A stretch of DNA of 64,000 nt from Phormidesmis sp. (GCA_965248535.1 CBDFJR010000002.1:1696001-1760000), one strand, 5' to 3'. Shown: positions 1-11,194, counted from the stretch's first letter. Notes: generated by a model not told the origin, from the sequence alone. A program made the numbers and translations.

Positions 1-76
1 GTTGTTGCCATTGATTGTGGTTCCCTTTCACATGGTTTGAGGTGCGATCGCGGGCTGTTTTGGGTGAAGTCAACCT

Positions 77-1624
77 CTATCGCCGCAGTGCTACCCAGGT
101 TGAAGCCAGCTTTTTCACCAATGGCGTTAAACGAGTGCGGCTATACTCGTCGGCTACTTTGCGGATAGCTTCGGCTTGGGTCGGGTAGGGGTGAATTGTG
201 CTCGCGATCGCTCCAATTCCCAGTTTATTTGTCATGGCTAACGTGATTTCATTAATCATGTCTCCAGCGTGGCGAGCTACGATCGTGGCACCAATCATTT
301 TGCTGGTTCCTTTTTGAAGATGAATCTTGGCAAATCCTTCAACTTCACCATCTATGATCGCCCGATCGATTTTATTCATCGGCACAGAGAGTGTGTGAAC
401 GTCGATGCCTTTTTGCTGCGCTTCTTTTAGCGATAACCCCACCGTTGCCACTTCTGGGTCAGTAAACGTGCAGGATGGCATCACAAGGGAACTGAGCTTT
501 TTGCGTCCCAAGCCAAAAATCGCAAACAGCGCATTTTGAACCAGAATTCGAGCTGCTGCATCGGCTGCGTGGGTATATTTCCACTCCATGCAAACGTCGC
601 CCACTGCATAGATGTTGGGATGGGTGGTTTGCAGATAATCGTTGACGATCACGCCGTGTTTTTGGTCATAGTCTACGCCGACGGTTTCAAGGTTCAAATT
701 CTCGACATTGGGCGATCGTCCGACTCCGACCAAAATTTCATCAACGGTAACGGACTGCTCTTTGCCGTCTAATTCGTAGTGAATAATTTTTTCGTTACCC
801 CGACGCTCGATGCGGCTAATTTTGGATTTTAACAGCAGTTGAATGCCTTCTTGCTCAAAGGTCTTTTGCACGATCGCCGCCGCGTCTTGATCAGCCCGAC
901 TCAACAGGCGATCGCCCTGCTGCAATAAGGTGACTTCCGATCCCAATCGGCGAAAGGTTTGGGCTAACTCACAGCCAATATAGCCACCGCCAATCACTCC
1001 TAGCCGATGAGGACGTTCGGTGAGTTCAAACACGTTTTCGTTGGTGAGATAGCCTGCCTCGGTTAGCCCGGCGATCGCTAGCTCCGTCGCCCGCGCACCT
1101 GTGGCGATCGCCGCTTTGCGAAATTTGAGTGTCTTGCCCGCAACGCTCACCGTGTCAGCACTGGCAAATTTTGCCTCTCCAAAAAAGACATCTACGCCGT
1201 AGTCTTGCTGAAATTTTCGAGCCGAATCGTTGGGACTGATCTCCGATCGCACCCGCCGCAATCGCTCCATCACGGCAGCAAAATCGACTTTGATGTCGTC
1301 CGAGGTGCCAATGCCATATCGAGCCGCGCTCTGAATATCAGCCACGACTCGCGCCGATCGGATCATCGCTTTTGAGGGCACACAGCCCACGATCGTGCAG
1401 TCGCCCCCCATTAAATGCTTTTCGATCAGAGCCACTTTGGCCCCAAAAACTGAGGCCCCGGCTGCTGTGACTAACCCCGCAGTGCCTGCGCCGATCACCA
1501 CCAAATCATAGCGAGGGGCTGGTTCGGGGTTCACCCAGTTAGGCGGATGGACGTTGTTAACCAAGACCTGATTGTAGTGATCCATCGGGGGAACGATGAC
1601 ACGATCGGCGCTAAATTGCGACAT
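77..1624 (-). CDS. Pyridine nucleotide-disulfide oxidoreductase (mercuric reductase/dihydrolipoamide dehydrogenase-like)
   Basis: GAGTAG FAD-binding motif, GGDCTIVGCVPSK redox CxxxxC, GGGYIG NAD(P)H motif, HPYPT C-terminus; lacks the C-terminal Cys-Cys pair of true MerA. Confidence 0.85.
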   Translation of the reverse strand: MSQFSADRVIVPPMDHYNQVLVNNVHPPNWVNPEPAPRYDLVVIGAGTAGLVTAAGASVFGAKVALIEKHLMGGDCTIVGCVPSKAMIRSARVVADIQSAARYGIGTSDDIKVDFAAVMERLRRVRSEISPNDSARKFQQDYGVDVFFGEAKFASADTVSVAGKTLKFRKAAIATGARATELAIAGLTEAGYLTNENVFELTERPHRLGVIGGGYIGCELAQTFRRLGSEVTLLQQGDRLLSRADQDAAAIVQKTFEQEGIQLLLKSKISRIERRGNEKIIHYELDGKEQSVTVDEILVGVGRSPNVENLNLETVGVDYDQKHGVIVNDYLQTTHPNIYAVGDVCMEWKYTHAADAAARILVQNALFAIFGLGRKKLSSLVMPSCTFTDPEVATVGLSLKEAQQKGIDVHTLSVPMNKIDRAIIDGEVEGFAKIHLQKGTSKMIGATIVARHAGDMINEITLAMTNKLGIGAIASTIHPYPTQAEAIRKVADEYSRTRLTPLVKKLASTWVALRR

Positions 1625-1717
1625 AGAAATTTTTCTTTATAACTTCTCTCATTCTAAAGATAGAGCTTAAAAACTTCTCTAACTAACGGGGTAGATAAAA
1701 CTATGGGTCGAATGTGC

Positions 1718-1748
1718 TTGACTTAGAGCGCACTCTAACCGCTAAGGT
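1718..1748 (+). promoter_or_regulatory. MerR-type promoter/operator
   Basis: TTGACT (1718-1723), 19-bp spacer, TAAGGT (1743-1748); palindrome TTAGAG-cgca-CTCTAA (1723-1738) in the spacer. Confidence 0.85.
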
Positions 1749-1755
1749 GATGGGC

Positions 1756-2181
1756 ATGGATGCAGAACTCACAATTCAACAGGTTTCTGAACGCACAGGG
1801 CTGAGTGTCTACACGCTGCGCTACTACGAGCGGAACGGACTTTTGGAGCCAATCAATCGGGCTGCTAATGGCCATCGTCGCTATTCGCCTACCGACATCA
1901 AGCGCATCGAATTTTTAACGAAATTGAGAATGACCGGGATGCCGATTCGACAAATGCAGCAATATGCGCTTTCTCTGCGACAAAATCCCGATGCGTTTAA
2001 TGAGCGCAGAGAGATTTTAGAAACCCATGAACGTGAAGTTCGGCAACGCATTCGAGAATTTAATCAAAATCTGGAGATGATTCAGTGGAAGATTCAAAAC
2101 TATCGAGAAATAGAATCCCGCCACTCAAAAAATAGAACCCTTGACGATCAATTTTCAATCAGTTCTCAACTCCAAAATTAA
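1756..2181 (+). CDS. MerR family transcriptional regulator
   Basis: [25 protein letters not shown]...GHRRY MerR HTH; start moved to ATG 1756 because the upstream in-frame part is the promoter itself. Confidence 0.9.
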   Translation: MDAELTIQQVSERTGLSVYTLRYYERNGLLEPINRAANGHRRYSPTDIKRIEFLTKLRMTGMPIRQMQQYALSLRQNPDAFNERREILETHEREVRQRIREFNQNLEMIQWKIQNYREIESRHSKNRTLDDQFSISSQLQN

Positions 2182-2186
2182 TCACA

Positions 2187-3170
2187 ATGAAAACACGAAA
2201 ACTTGGCTCAGAACTCACTGTGTCAGAACTTGGTCTCGGCTGCATGGGAATGTCAGAGTTCTACGGCAGCACCGATGAAACCGAATCGATCGCCACCATT
2301 CATCGCGCTCTAGAGTTGGGCGTTGACTTTCTCGACACGGCTGATATGTATGGCATGGGGGCAAACGAGCAACTGGTGGGTAAGGCGCTTAAAGGACAGC
2401 GCGATCGCGTCATTCTCGCTACTAAATTTGGCATTCAGCGCGGCGAAGATCCCGCTTCTCGCGGTGTTAATGGCAAACCTGAGTATGTGCGTCAAGCCTG
2501 CGATGCGTCGCTCAAGCGCTTAAACGTTGACTACATTGATTTGTATTATCAGCATCGCGTTGACCCAAACGTAGCGATCGAAGACACGATCGGGGCAATG
2601 GCTGAACTCGTTCATCAAGGCAAAGTGCGCTATTTAGGGCTTTCGGAAGCGGCGGCCGCTACCATTCGGCGCGCCCATGCCGTTCACCCGATCGCGGCTC
2701 TTCAGTCAGAATATTCGCTCTGGACTCGTGACCCCGAAGATGAAATTCTCCCCACAATTCGCGAATTAGGAATCGGGTTTGTGCCCTATAGCCCAATGGG
2801 GCGGGGCTTTCTGTCGGGACAGATCACCAGCCCCGATGATTTTGCTGCCGATGATTATCGTCAACATTTGCCGCGATTTCAGGGCGAAAACTTCTATAAA
2901 AATCTGGAATTGGTCGATCGCGTCAAAGAAATCGCGGCTCAAAAAAACGCCACCCCCGGACAGTTGGCGCTAGCGTGGCTTTTGGCTCAAGGAGAGGATA
3001 TTGCTCCCATTCCCGGCACAAAACGCCGCACCTATTTAGAAGAAAATGTGGCCGCCGTCGAGATCAAACTGACCTCAGAAGACCTCGATCGCTTAGATGC
3101 GATCGCGCCTAAAAACGGGACGGCGGGCGATCGCTATCCGCAATCCTCAATGGCCGCCCTCGATCGTTAA
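2187..3170 (+). CDS. Aldo/keto reductase
   Basis: [31 protein letters not shown] motifs. Confidence 0.95.
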   Translation: MKTRKLGSELTVSELGLGCMGMSEFYGSTDETESIATIHRALELGVDFLDTADMYGMGANEQLVGKALKGQRDRVILATKFGIQRGEDPASRGVNGKPEYVRQACDASLKRLNVDYIDLYYQHRVDPNVAIEDTIGAMAELVHQGKVRYLGLSEAAAATIRRAHAVHPIAALQSEYSLWTRDPEDEILPTIRELGIGFVPYSPMGRGFLSGQITSPDDFAADDYRQHLPRFQGENFYKNLELVDRVKEIAAQKNATPGQLALAWLLAQGEDIAPIPGTKRRTYLEENVAAVEIKLTSEDLDRLDAIAPKNGTAGDRYPQSSMAALDR

Positions 3171-3180
3171 TCGAGTGACC

Positions 3181-3215
3181 CAGATCCCCGATTTCTCGCA
3201 GAAATCGGAGATCTG
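3181..3215. repeat. Palindromic intergenic repeat (AGATCCCCGA...TCGGAGATCT), probably a bidirectional terminator here
   Basis: CAGATCCCCGATTTCT-cgc-AGAAATCGGAGATCTG between convergent genes; related copy at 15561-15594. Confidence 0.7.
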
Positions 3216-3227
3216 AAGTCAGGGATC

Positions 3228-5135
3228 TTAGCTTTCGCTCTTTTCTAATAACGCAGATTGCAGCGTGCTCAACAACTCTTTGACCATAAAAGGCTTTGCC
3301 AAAAAACGCTGCACTCCTGCACTTTCGGCATCGGCAATCATGCCTTTAGAAGACAGCCCGCTCATCGCCACCACTTCCACATCAGGATTGATGCGCTGCA
3401 ACGTGCGAATCGTGCTTGGCCCATCCATCAGCGGCATCATCAGATCGATTAACACTAGCTGAATGTGGTCTTGATGTTTTGAGTAAGTCTCGATCGCGTC
3501 GATGCCGTTGCAGGCCGTCAACACCTGATAGTTATAGTCTTCGAGCGTGATGCGAGTGCTTTCTCGCACGGGGGCCTCGTCATCAACAACCAAAATCAAA
3601 TCGCCGTCGCCCCGGTGCAGTTCTGAGTGCTCGATCGGGGCCGGTTCTCTAATCATCACCGCAGGCAAAAAGACTTTAAACTCAGTCCCTTTGCTGAGTT
3701 GACTCGAAACCGTGATAAAGCCACCATGACTTTTGATGATGCCGACCACCGTCGAAAGCCCCAGCCCGGTGCCGCCGCCCAGTTCTTTAGTGGTGAAAAA
3801 TGGCTCAAAGATGCGATCGAGAATCTCAGCGGCGATTCCCAGCCCGGTGTCAGTCACTGACAGCACACAATAGGGCCCAATTTGAGCCTCTAAATTGGTG
3901 CGCTGATCAACCTCTGTCAGTCGTTGATTGGTGGCAGAAATCGTGAGAATGCCGCCTGCGGGCATGGCATCACGGGCATTGACACACAGATTCATCAACA
4001 CTTGGTGCAGTTGAGTGCTGTCACCAACCACCGTCCACAAATCGTTAGAAACTTCGACCTCGACGGCAATCGATCGCGGCAATGTCTCCCGCAAAATTTT
4101 CTCAATCTCACCGATTAAGTGTCGTGTTTGCAAAATGACGTGTTTGCCTTCAACGCCCCGCGTAAATGACAGCACCTGTTTGACTAAATCTGCCCCTCGT
4201 CGAGCGTTGGTTTCTAAAAGCTGAAGCAATAGCTGGCTGCGATCGTCGAGGTTTTTTAACTTTAACGGCAGCAGTTGAGCGGCGGCTAAAATCGGAGTCA
4301 AAATATTATTTAAATCGTGAGCAATGCCGCTGGCTAAGGTGCCAATGCTCTCTAGGCGTTGAGCGCGAAAAAATTGCGCTTCTAACAGCTTTTTTTCAGT
4401 GATGTTAGTGTCTACGGTCAAAATCGATTTGGGTTGCCCTGCTTCATCTCGCACCAGAGTCCAGCGACTTTCGACCGTGACGACTTGATCGGATTTGGTG
4501 ATGTTCTGCAATTCACCGAGCCATTCGCCTTGGGTGAGCACCTCGGTGAGGGCGGCTCGCAGTTGGGGAGAGGGCTTTCGATAGAGCAGTTGGTCGGCGT
4601 TTTTGCCGATCGCCTCCTCTGCCTTCCAGCCAAATAGCCGCTCTGCGCCTTTGTTCCAATACACGATGCGGTGGTTGAGATCTCTGACTAAGATGGCATC
4701 GGTGGCGATGTCTAGCAGGGCCGCTTGTTGCCGAATTTTTTGTTCGGCTCGTTGACGCTCGATCGCATAGCGCATAGAGCGCACCAACAGGTCGCCCGTC
4801 ACCTCTCCTTTGACTAAATAATCTTGGGCACCCGCTTGCATTGCCCGCAGCGTCATGATTTCGTCGTCTAACCCCGTTAAAACCACAACCGGAATTGCAG
4901 GCACGCGACTGTGAATCGTCACGAGGGTTTCTAAGCCCATGCTATCGGGCAAGGTGAGATCTAGAAGAATAATGTCAAACTTGGTTTTGCCTAGATTGTG
5001 CAGGGCAGTGTCTAAGCGATCGCACTGCGTCACCTGAAAAGGGGTCGTCGGAACGTCTTTGAGAAACTCTAGCAACAGCCGCACGTCAGCCGGGCTGTCT
5101 TCGACTAACAAAACGTTTATCGAGTGCTCGGCCAT
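3228..5135 (-). CDS. Hybrid histidine kinase REC-PAS-HisKA-HATPase-REC
   Basis: LLVED/LLDL receiver, WNKGAE PAS, IAHDLNNIL H-box, NARDAM, DTG, GTGLGL, C-terminal LVVDD receiver. Confidence 0.95.
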   Translation of the reverse strand: MAEHSINVLLVEDSPADVRLLLEFLKDVPTTPFQVTQCDRLDTALHNLGKTKFDIILLDLTLPDSMGLETLVTIHSRVPAIPVVVLTGLDDEIMTLRAMQAGAQDYLVKGEVTGDLLVRSMRYAIERQRAEQKIRQQAALLDIATDAILVRDLNHRIVYWNKGAERLFGWKAEEAIGKNADQLLYRKPSPQLRAALTEVLTQGEWLGELQNITKSDQVVTVESRWTLVRDEAGQPKSILTVDTNITEKKLLEAQFFRAQRLESIGTLASGIAHDLNNILTPILAAAQLLPLKLKNLDDRSQLLLQLLETNARRGADLVKQVLSFTRGVEGKHVILQTRHLIGEIEKILRETLPRSIAVEVEVSNDLWTVVGDSTQLHQVLMNLCVNARDAMPAGGILTISATNQRLTEVDQRTNLEAQIGPYCVLSVTDTGLGIAAEILDRIFEPFFTTKELGGGTGLGLSTVVGIIKSHGGFITVSSQLSKGTEFKVFLPAVMIREPAPIEHSELHRGDGDLILVVDDEAPVRESTRITLEDYNYQVLTACNGIDAIETYSKHQDHIQLVLIDLMMPLMDGPSTIRTLQRINPDVEVVAMSGLSSKGMIADAESAGVQRFLAKPFMVKELLSTLQSALLEKSES

Positions 5136-5143
5136 AGCGATGA

Positions 5144-5575
5144 TTACTCCGGCGGCAGTTTAACGATCGTGAACCAAAAGTCTTCGATCGATTTGACGAT
5201 CTTAATAAACTGATCAAAGTCAACAGGCTTAGAAATGTAGCAGTTTGCACAGAGGTTATAGGCTTTGATGATATCCTCCTCGGCTTGAGACGTGGTTAAA
5301 ATCACAACCGGAATGCGCCTTAACGCTTGGTCAGCTTTGATCTCAGCCAGCACTTCACGCCCGTCTTTTTTGGGTAAATTAAGATCTAACAAAATTAAAT
5401 CTGGGTGGGGAGATCTGGCATAAGCGGCCTGCTTACGCAGAAATGCCATCGCTTCTACGCCATCATCGACAACGCTGAGATTAATGTGCATTTTACCATC
5501 TTCGAGCGCAATCCGAGTCAGTTGAGCATCACCTGGATTATCTTCAACCAACAAAACTTGAATCGGTAAACTCAT
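5144..5575 (-). CDS. Single-domain response regulator, Rcp1-like
   Basis: LLVEDNPGD, PDLILLDLNLPKKDG, ANCYISKP, FWFTIVKLP tail typical of phytochrome-associated RRs. Confidence 0.9.
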   Translation of the reverse strand: MSLPIQVLLVEDNPGDAQLTRIALEDGKMHINLSVVDDGVEAMAFLRKQAAYARSPHPDLILLDLNLPKKDGREVLAEIKADQALRRIPVVILTTSQAEEDIIKAYNLCANCYISKPVDFDQFIKIVKSIEDFWFTIVKLPPE

Positions 5576-7716
5576 CGGCTTGGGCTACTTCTAGACAACG
5601 TAAAATAGAATGTGGTTCTTTGCCCTGGCTGCGACTCAAACCAAATGCGTCCTCCATGTCGCTCGACAATTTTTTTACACAGAGCTAATCCGATTCCGGT
5701 GCCGGGATATTTGCTGCGTGAATGCAGTCTCTGAAAGATTGCAAAGATGCGATCGTGATATTGAGACTCAATGCCAATGCCGCGATCGCTTACATAAAAT
5801 GTCGTTTCGGTGTCGTTATGGCTTAACACTCCGATGTGAATGTGCGGGGCTTCTGATCGCCGAAATTTAAGCGCGTTTCCAATCAGGTTTTGAAAAAGCT
5901 GAGTTAATTGGGTGGCATCGGCCGTGACGTTGGGGAGCAGATCATGGGTGATCACCGCCTCATTTTCTTGAATGGCGAGTTGCAGATTGGCGATCGCCCG
6001 CTTCAAGGCCATATCGCTGTCTACATTAGTGAACGGCTGCCCGCGAGTGCTGACCCGTGAGAAGATCAACAAATCTCGAATCAAGATTTGCATCCGCTCT
6101 GCCCCTTCGATCGCATAGTTAATAAACTCGTCTGCGCTGGCATCAAGCTGAAGTTTATAGCGTCGCTCTAAGAGTTGCAAATAGCTAATCACCATTCGCA
6201 GCGGTTCTTGCAAATCGTGAGACGCAACGTAGGCAAATTGTTCTAACTCAGAATTCGATCGGGTTAGTTCTTGGCGTTGATAAGTTTCTTGCTCTAGCAG
6301 TTGTGATTGTGTGATCGCGATGCCGATCTGGTTGGCGAGTTGCTGTAATAATTCTGTTTCAAAATCGCTCCACTGTCGTGGGTGATTGCATTGGTGAGCA
6401 ATCAGCAATCCCCAAAGATTTTCTCGGCAATGGATCGGGACGACGAGATTTGCTTTGACTTCAAACGTCTGCAAAAACCGACGATGACACGCCTGAATGT
6501 GAGCAGATTGGATATCGGCGATCGCGCTGACTCGGCCCGATCGATATTTCTCTCGATAGTCTTGATGAAAACAGTGATCAATAATCTCTTTTCCCTGCGA
6601 GACTGTGTAGGGCGGCAGCACGGCTTCTTGCACTACCTGCCCCGCTCCATCTGCATGAAGTTGAAAGATCAGGACGCGATCGGCGCTCAATAGTTTTTGA
6701 ATCTCTCGAACTGTGATCTGCAAAATCTCATCTAGCTGCAACGATTGGCGAATTTTGAGCGTGATTTCGGTGAATAATTGATGGCTCAAATTTTGAAGCT
6801 GAAGCTCGGACTCAGCCCGCTTGCGATCGCTGATGTCAATACAAGATCCGATGTAGCCTAAAAAACGTCCCCCCGACGTAAACCGCGGCACGCCCGTATC
6901 CAAGATCCAGCGATAGTTACCATCGTGTCGCCGCAGTCGATATTCCATGCAGAACGATCGCTGGGACTCAAACGCTGATTGATAGACGGCTAAACAAGCG
7001 GCCAAATCTTCAGGGTGAACGCCCTCGGCCCAGCCGTTGCCCATTTCTTGCTCTGGGGTGCGCCCCGTAAAGTCGAGCCAGAATTGGTTAAAAAAAGTGC
7101 ATCCCGCATCGGTTCCAGAAGTCCAGAGCAGCACGGGGGCGCTGTCTGCCATGGTGCGAAACCGTTCTTCGCTTTCTCGCAAGGACTCTTCGACTTTCTT
7201 TTGCTTGACGCTCACCTGAGCTAAAACCCTGAGATTGCGCCTCAACTCTAGTTGAGTGATCACCTGCTGACCCAGCGCTTCTAGTGATTGAATCTGGTCG
7301 ATCGTGAGGTGTCGGGGCACGAGATCAATGACACACAGCGTCCCGATCGCGTCTCCGGTCGGCGTGATCAGCGGCACCCCGGCATAAAAGCGCACATAGG
7401 GTGCCGCCTGAACAACGAGATTGTTTGCCCACCGCTCATCGGCTTGGGCATCTGGCACAATCAGGGTTTCTCGCTGCTTGAGGCAATCTAGACAGAGGCC
7501 AATCTCTAGCGGCAGTTCTGTAATATCTATGCCAATCTTGGCTTTAAACCACTGGCGATCGTCAGAAATTAAATTGATCAGCGCGATCGGGGTTTGACAA
7601 ATCTGAGCCGCTAACATCGCCAAATCATCAAACGATTGCTCAGAGTCACTGTCAAGAATCTGATATTGCTGCAAGGCGATGAGCCGGGATTGCTCGGCGA
7701 TCGAGGCGAGTTCCAT
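5572..7716 (-). CDS. GAF-PAS-GAF(cyanobacteriochrome)-histidine kinase, Cph1-like transmitter
   Basis: RFYAGVPL GAF, WAEGVHPED PAS, second GAF with DHCF and CH motifs, FAYVASHDLQEPLR H-box, GTGIGL. Confidence 0.9.
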   Translation of the reverse strand: MELASIAEQSRLIALQQYQILDSDSEQSFDDLAMLAAQICQTPIALINLISDDRQWFKAKIGIDITELPLEIGLCLDCLKQRETLIVPDAQADERWANNLVVQAAPYVRFYAGVPLITPTGDAIGTLCVIDLVPRHLTIDQIQSLEALGQQVITQLELRRNLRVLAQVSVKQKKVEESLRESEERFRTMADSAPVLLWTSGTDAGCTFFNQFWLDFTGRTPEQEMGNGWAEGVHPEDLAACLAVYQSAFESQRSFCMEYRLRRHDGNYRWILDTGVPRFTSGGRFLGYIGSCIDISDRKRAESELQLQNLSHQLFTEITLKIRQSLQLDEILQITVREIQKLLSADRVLIFQLHADGAGQVVQEAVLPPYTVSQGKEIIDHCFHQDYREKYRSGRVSAIADIQSAHIQACHRRFLQTFEVKANLVVPIHCRENLWGLLIAHQCNHPRQWSDFETELLQQLANQIGIAITQSQLLEQETYQRQELTRSNSELEQFAYVASHDLQEPLRMVISYLQLLERRYKLQLDASADEFINYAIEGAERMQILIRDLLIFSRVSTRGQPFTNVDSDMALKRAIANLQLAIQENEAVITHDLLPNVTADATQLTQLFQNLIGNALKFRRSEAPHIHIGVLSHNDTETTFYVSDRGIGIESQYHDRIFAIFQRLHSRSKYPGTGIGLALCKKIVERHGGRIWFESQPGQRTTFYFTLSRSSPSR

Positions 7717-7986
7717 GAGGGTGGCTCCGGGTCGCTCAGAGATTTATGTTATTGAGGCATTTTTAGTTTAATGTTCTCTTGCAAAGGTTGGACTTTTATG
7801 ACGCAAAACTCAACTTTTGTGAAAAAACTCTCATATTTCTTGGCCAATCTTGCTCCAAATCTTAACCACTTCAGGAATCTACACGGACTCGATCGAGCCA
7901 AAATCCTTGATCGAATACAATAGGAGTTGGCAAAGAGTCCCTTAGCTCAGGGGTCTAACCTCTGTTTTCATTTGAGATTGACGTGA

Positions 7987-8322
7987 ATGGCTGATTCCAG
8001 TTCAGAAATTACTCCGCAAATTTTAAAAGCGATCGACGTTTTAGAAGGGCTAGAAGACCTGCTTGATTTAGCCTCTAATGACGAAATCGAAGCAATCTTA
8101 CAAGAAGCGTGGATTAAAGTCACCGATACGTTTCCAGAAGATTTTAAAGATGCGACCGCCGAAGATGCCAGTGCAGAAGGGTTGCGGCGCTACATTCGAG
8201 TTAAAGCTTTTTTCTCTAATCCGACCGAAAAATCGATTAGTCGCTTAGATCTAGAGCTTTATTATCGCAACCACGTTCTGTCGATCGATGAAGACTCACC
8301 CGATTTCTTTTTGCCTGATTAA
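7987..8322 (+). CDS. Hypothetical acidic protein
   Basis: 111-aa ORF, 5 bp before the next same-strand gene. Confidence 0.65.
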   Translation: MADSSSEITPQILKAIDVLEGLEDLLDLASNDEIEAILQEAWIKVTDTFPEDFKDATAEDASAEGLRRYIRVKAFFSNPTEKSISRLDLELYYRNHVLSIDEDSPDFFLPD

Positions 8323-8327
8323 CGCTA

Positions 8328-9431
8328 ATGATCAACCGCATCAACCGCAAAGGGCTATTTGGACTGATTGCGATCGGGGCGATCGTGCTGTTAACGATTT
8401 TTGCGGCTCCTAGCCATAACCGTCAGCAGGTAAGCGGGTCTACATTTAGCCATGCGCCCGATGGCTATGGCGCTTGGTATGCCTACATGGAGCGGCAGGG
8501 CGCTTCTATTCAGCGCTTGCAAAAACCCTGGACAGACGGGCTAACCCGTTCATCTCCCGCGACGTTTTTGCGGATCGATGCTGATGGTCAAAGCGGGGCT
8601 GGCTCAATGGCGCTGGGGTCTGAGCAAGAACGCTGGCTTCGCAATGGCAACACGCTGATTGTTTTGGGTGCGCCAGCCCTGTCTACCGATCGCCCCTTTA
8701 CGACCATGCAGACTAGCGATCGGGGCTTGGTCAAAGTCGAGACGACTCGCCGATGGCAACTCAATGGACAAAAGCAGCTTTTAGGCGATCAAGGGGGCGC
8801 GATCGTGTGGCAAACCCCTGTTGGCAAAGGCCGCATCATCTTCGCCAGCACTCCCTATCTGGCCGCCAACGCCTACCAAGACGAGCCAGGAAACTTTGCA
8901 TTTTTGGCTCAACTAGTCCGGCAAAACGGCGGCTCTATCTGGGTTGACGAATATATTCATGGCTATAAAGAAGCGGCGATCGTCGCCCGCGAAGGAAAGG
9001 GCAGTTGGGTGGGCTATCTGAGCAAAACGCCACTGCTGCCGATTTTGGTGCAGTTGGGAGTGGTGTTGCTGGTGTTGATCTGGGCAGCTAATCGTCGCTT
9101 TGGGTCACCGCTGCCGTTGACAAGCGTTAAACCCGATAACAGCGAGGCTTATATTCAGGCATTGGCGGGCGTTTTGCACAAAGCGGGTCGCAGTGAGTTT
9201 GTGCTGGATGGAGTCGGCAAACACGAGCAGCTACAGATTCAAAAAGCGCTGGGTCTGGGTTCGACTCTGCTGGAAGTAGAAGCGATCGTTGAAGCCTGGA
9301 CTCAGCAAACAGGTCGCCCAGCCGCCGAGTTAGAACAGGTTTTGCAGGCTCGAAGCGGCCAACGCCTCAGCGAGCTAGACCTGCTCACCTGGGTTAAAAA
9401 TATCCAACTCGTGCGGCAAAAGCTGCCCTAA
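8328..9431 (+). CDS. DUF4350 domain membrane protein
   Basis: GSTFSHAPDGYGAWY, VDEYIHGY, NRRFG, YIQALAGVL motifs. Confidence 0.8.
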   Translation: MINRINRKGLFGLIAIGAIVLLTIFAAPSHNRQQVSGSTFSHAPDGYGAWYAYMERQGASIQRLQKPWTDGLTRSSPATFLRIDADGQSGAGSMALGSEQERWLRNGNTLIVLGAPALSTDRPFTTMQTSDRGLVKVETTRRWQLNGQKQLLGDQGGAIVWQTPVGKGRIIFASTPYLAANAYQDEPGNFAFLAQLVRQNGGSIWVDEYIHGYKEAAIVAREGKGSWVGYLSKTPLLPILVQLGVVLLVLIWAANRRFGSPLPLTSVKPDNSEAYIQALAGVLHKAGRSEFVLDGVGKHEQLQIQKALGLGSTLLEVEAIVEAWTQQTGRPAAELEQVLQARSGQRLSELDLLTWVKNIQLVRQKLP

Positions 9432-9542
9432 CGATCGGGGATTAAATAATTTGCATAACAAAAGCCTTCTGACTGACGGGATCAAAAGGCCTTGCAAAAT
9501 ATTTCGAGTGCCGCGTAAATCTCGATCGTAGCTCTAGCGAGA

Positions 9543-10151
9543 TTAAGCCTGACGGGAGTAGTACTCAACCACCAGCAGTTCATTGATTTGAATCGCGATC
9601 CATTCGCGCTCAATCACACTATTCACTTTGCCTGTGAGCTTGTTTTTATCAAACTCTAAGTGACTCGGTAGGTTTGCCAAACCAGGATACTGCAAGTTTT
9701 GCTCAACTAACTTGCGAGAAGCCTCTTTGTCTTTGACCGCAACCACATCACCAGGGCGACACTGATAGCTGGCAATATCGACGACGCGACCGTTAACGGT
9801 GACGTGCCCATGATTGACTAGCTGACGCGCACCCGGAATGGTCGGAGCCATGCCCATGCGAAACACCGTGTTATCTAGACGCATTTCGAGCAGTTGCAGC
9901 AACACTTGCCCGGTAGAGCCAGAGGCCCGACGAGCTTTTCTGACATAGCGCAGCAACTGACGCTCGTTAACGCCATAGTTAAAGCGGAGCTTTTGTTTTT
10001 CTTCTAAACGAACGGCGTATTCAGAGCGCTTTTTGCGTTCTTGCCCGTGTTGACCGGGGGGATATGCCCGCCTGGGTGACTTGCGGGTTAGACCGGGTAG
10101 GTCTCCTAAACGCCGCACAATTCTTAAGCGCGGACCTCGATATCGCGACAT
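9543..10151 (-). CDS. rpsD: 30S ribosomal protein S4
   Basis: [16 protein letters not shown]...LEMRLDN...VVEYYSR. Confidence 0.99.
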   Translation of the reverse strand: MSRYRGPRLRIVRRLGDLPGLTRKSPRRAYPPGQHGQERKKRSEYAVRLEEKQKLRFNYGVNERQLLRYVRKARRASGSTGQVLLQLLEMRLDNTVFRMGMAPTIPGARQLVNHGHVTVNGRVVDIASYQCRPGDVVAVKDKEASRKLVEQNLQYPGLANLPSHLEFDKNKLTGKVNSVIEREWIAIQINELLVVEYYSRQA

Positions 10152-10250
10152 TCTGACTTCCTCGTCTCGAAAATTTAGACAGCTTATCTAGTATAGAGGG
10201 TGAAGCTGTTAACTTCAAACTAAGATGATCTTTTTGAGGGCGATCGTCCT

Positions 10251-10496
10251 ATGAAACTGCTGCTGATCGGACTGGTTCGTGGCTATCGAGTCTTTATTTC
10301 GCCCTGGCTTTTGCCGTCGTGTCGGTTTCAGCCCACTTGTTCACAGTATGCGATCGTAGCCCTCGATCGTCACGGAGCTTTAAAAGGCAGTTGGCTGGCA
10401 ACGTGCCGCATCTGTCGCTGCCATCCGTTTAATGCAGGAGGTTACGATCCGGTGCCTGATCTCAAAACATCTGACAGGTCTGAGAAGCCGGAATAA
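10251..10496 (+). CDS. yidD: Membrane protein insertion efficiency factor
   Basis: [10 protein letters not shown]...RCHPF...GGYDPVP. Confidence 0.95.
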   Translation: MKLLLIGLVRGYRVFISPWLLPSCRFQPTCSQYAIVALDRHGALKGSWLATCRICRCHPFNAGGYDPVPDLKTSDRSEKPE

Positions 10497-10524
10497 ATGA
10501 CGCGAGAAATGTCGTCTGAGAATG

Positions 10525-11142
10525 CTATTCGCGGATGTCTGCCTGTTTGCGTTCGCTGTGGCGATCGGTTAAATGATCAACGTGATCGCGCAGCAAAACC
10601 GTGAATTTATAGAGTTCTTCCATCACATCGACGACGCGATCGCGGTAGGCAGAGTCTTTCATCGTGCCATCGTCGTTAAATTCTTGATAGGCTTTGGCAA
10701 CCGAAGACTGATTGGGAATTGTAAACATTCGCATCCAACGCCCCAAAATTCGCAGGGTGTTGACTGCATTAAAAGACTGTGACCCGCCACTGACTTGCAT
10801 CACGGCTAAGGTTCTGCCTTGAGTGGGTCGAACGGCCCCGATCGTCAGCGGAATCCAATCAATCTGATTCTTAAAAATCCCAGAAATGTTGCCGTGCATC
10901 TCAGGGCTTGACCAAACCTGACCTTCTGACCATTGACTCAACTCGCGTAGCTCTTGCACTTTGGGGTGAGTGTCGGGCACACTGCCATAAATTGGTAGCT
11001 CAAGCGGGTCAAAAAACCGCACCTCTGCCCCAAACTCTTGCAAGATTCGAGCCGCTTCTTCGGCTAATAGGCGACTATAGGAGCGATCGCGCAACGAGCC
11101 ATACAAAAACAAAATTCTAGGCGGATGATCGGCAGTCGTCAT
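10525..11142 (-). CDS. arsH: Arsenical resistance NADPH-FMN oxidoreductase
   Basis: [34 protein letters not shown]. Confidence 0.97.
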   Translation of the reverse strand: MTTADHPPRILFLYGSLRDRSYSRLLAEEAARILQEFGAEVRFFDPLELPIYGSVPDTHPKVQELRELSQWSEGQVWSSPEMHGNISGIFKNQIDWIPLTIGAVRPTQGRTLAVMQVSGGSQSFNAVNTLRILGRWMRMFTIPNQSSVAKAYQEFNDDGTMKDSAYRDRVVDVMEELYKFTVLLRDHVDHLTDRHSERKQADIRE

Positions 11143-11194
11143 AGTTCGGCGTTTAGATTTCTAAAACTCAAGTAAGCATCAGGTCGGGCTGCGC

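Noticed and set aside
77..2181. mer operon (merA + merR)
   Set aside because: The reductase lacks the C-terminal Cys pair, the MerR has no Cys, there is no merT/merP, and the operator faces the AKR operon
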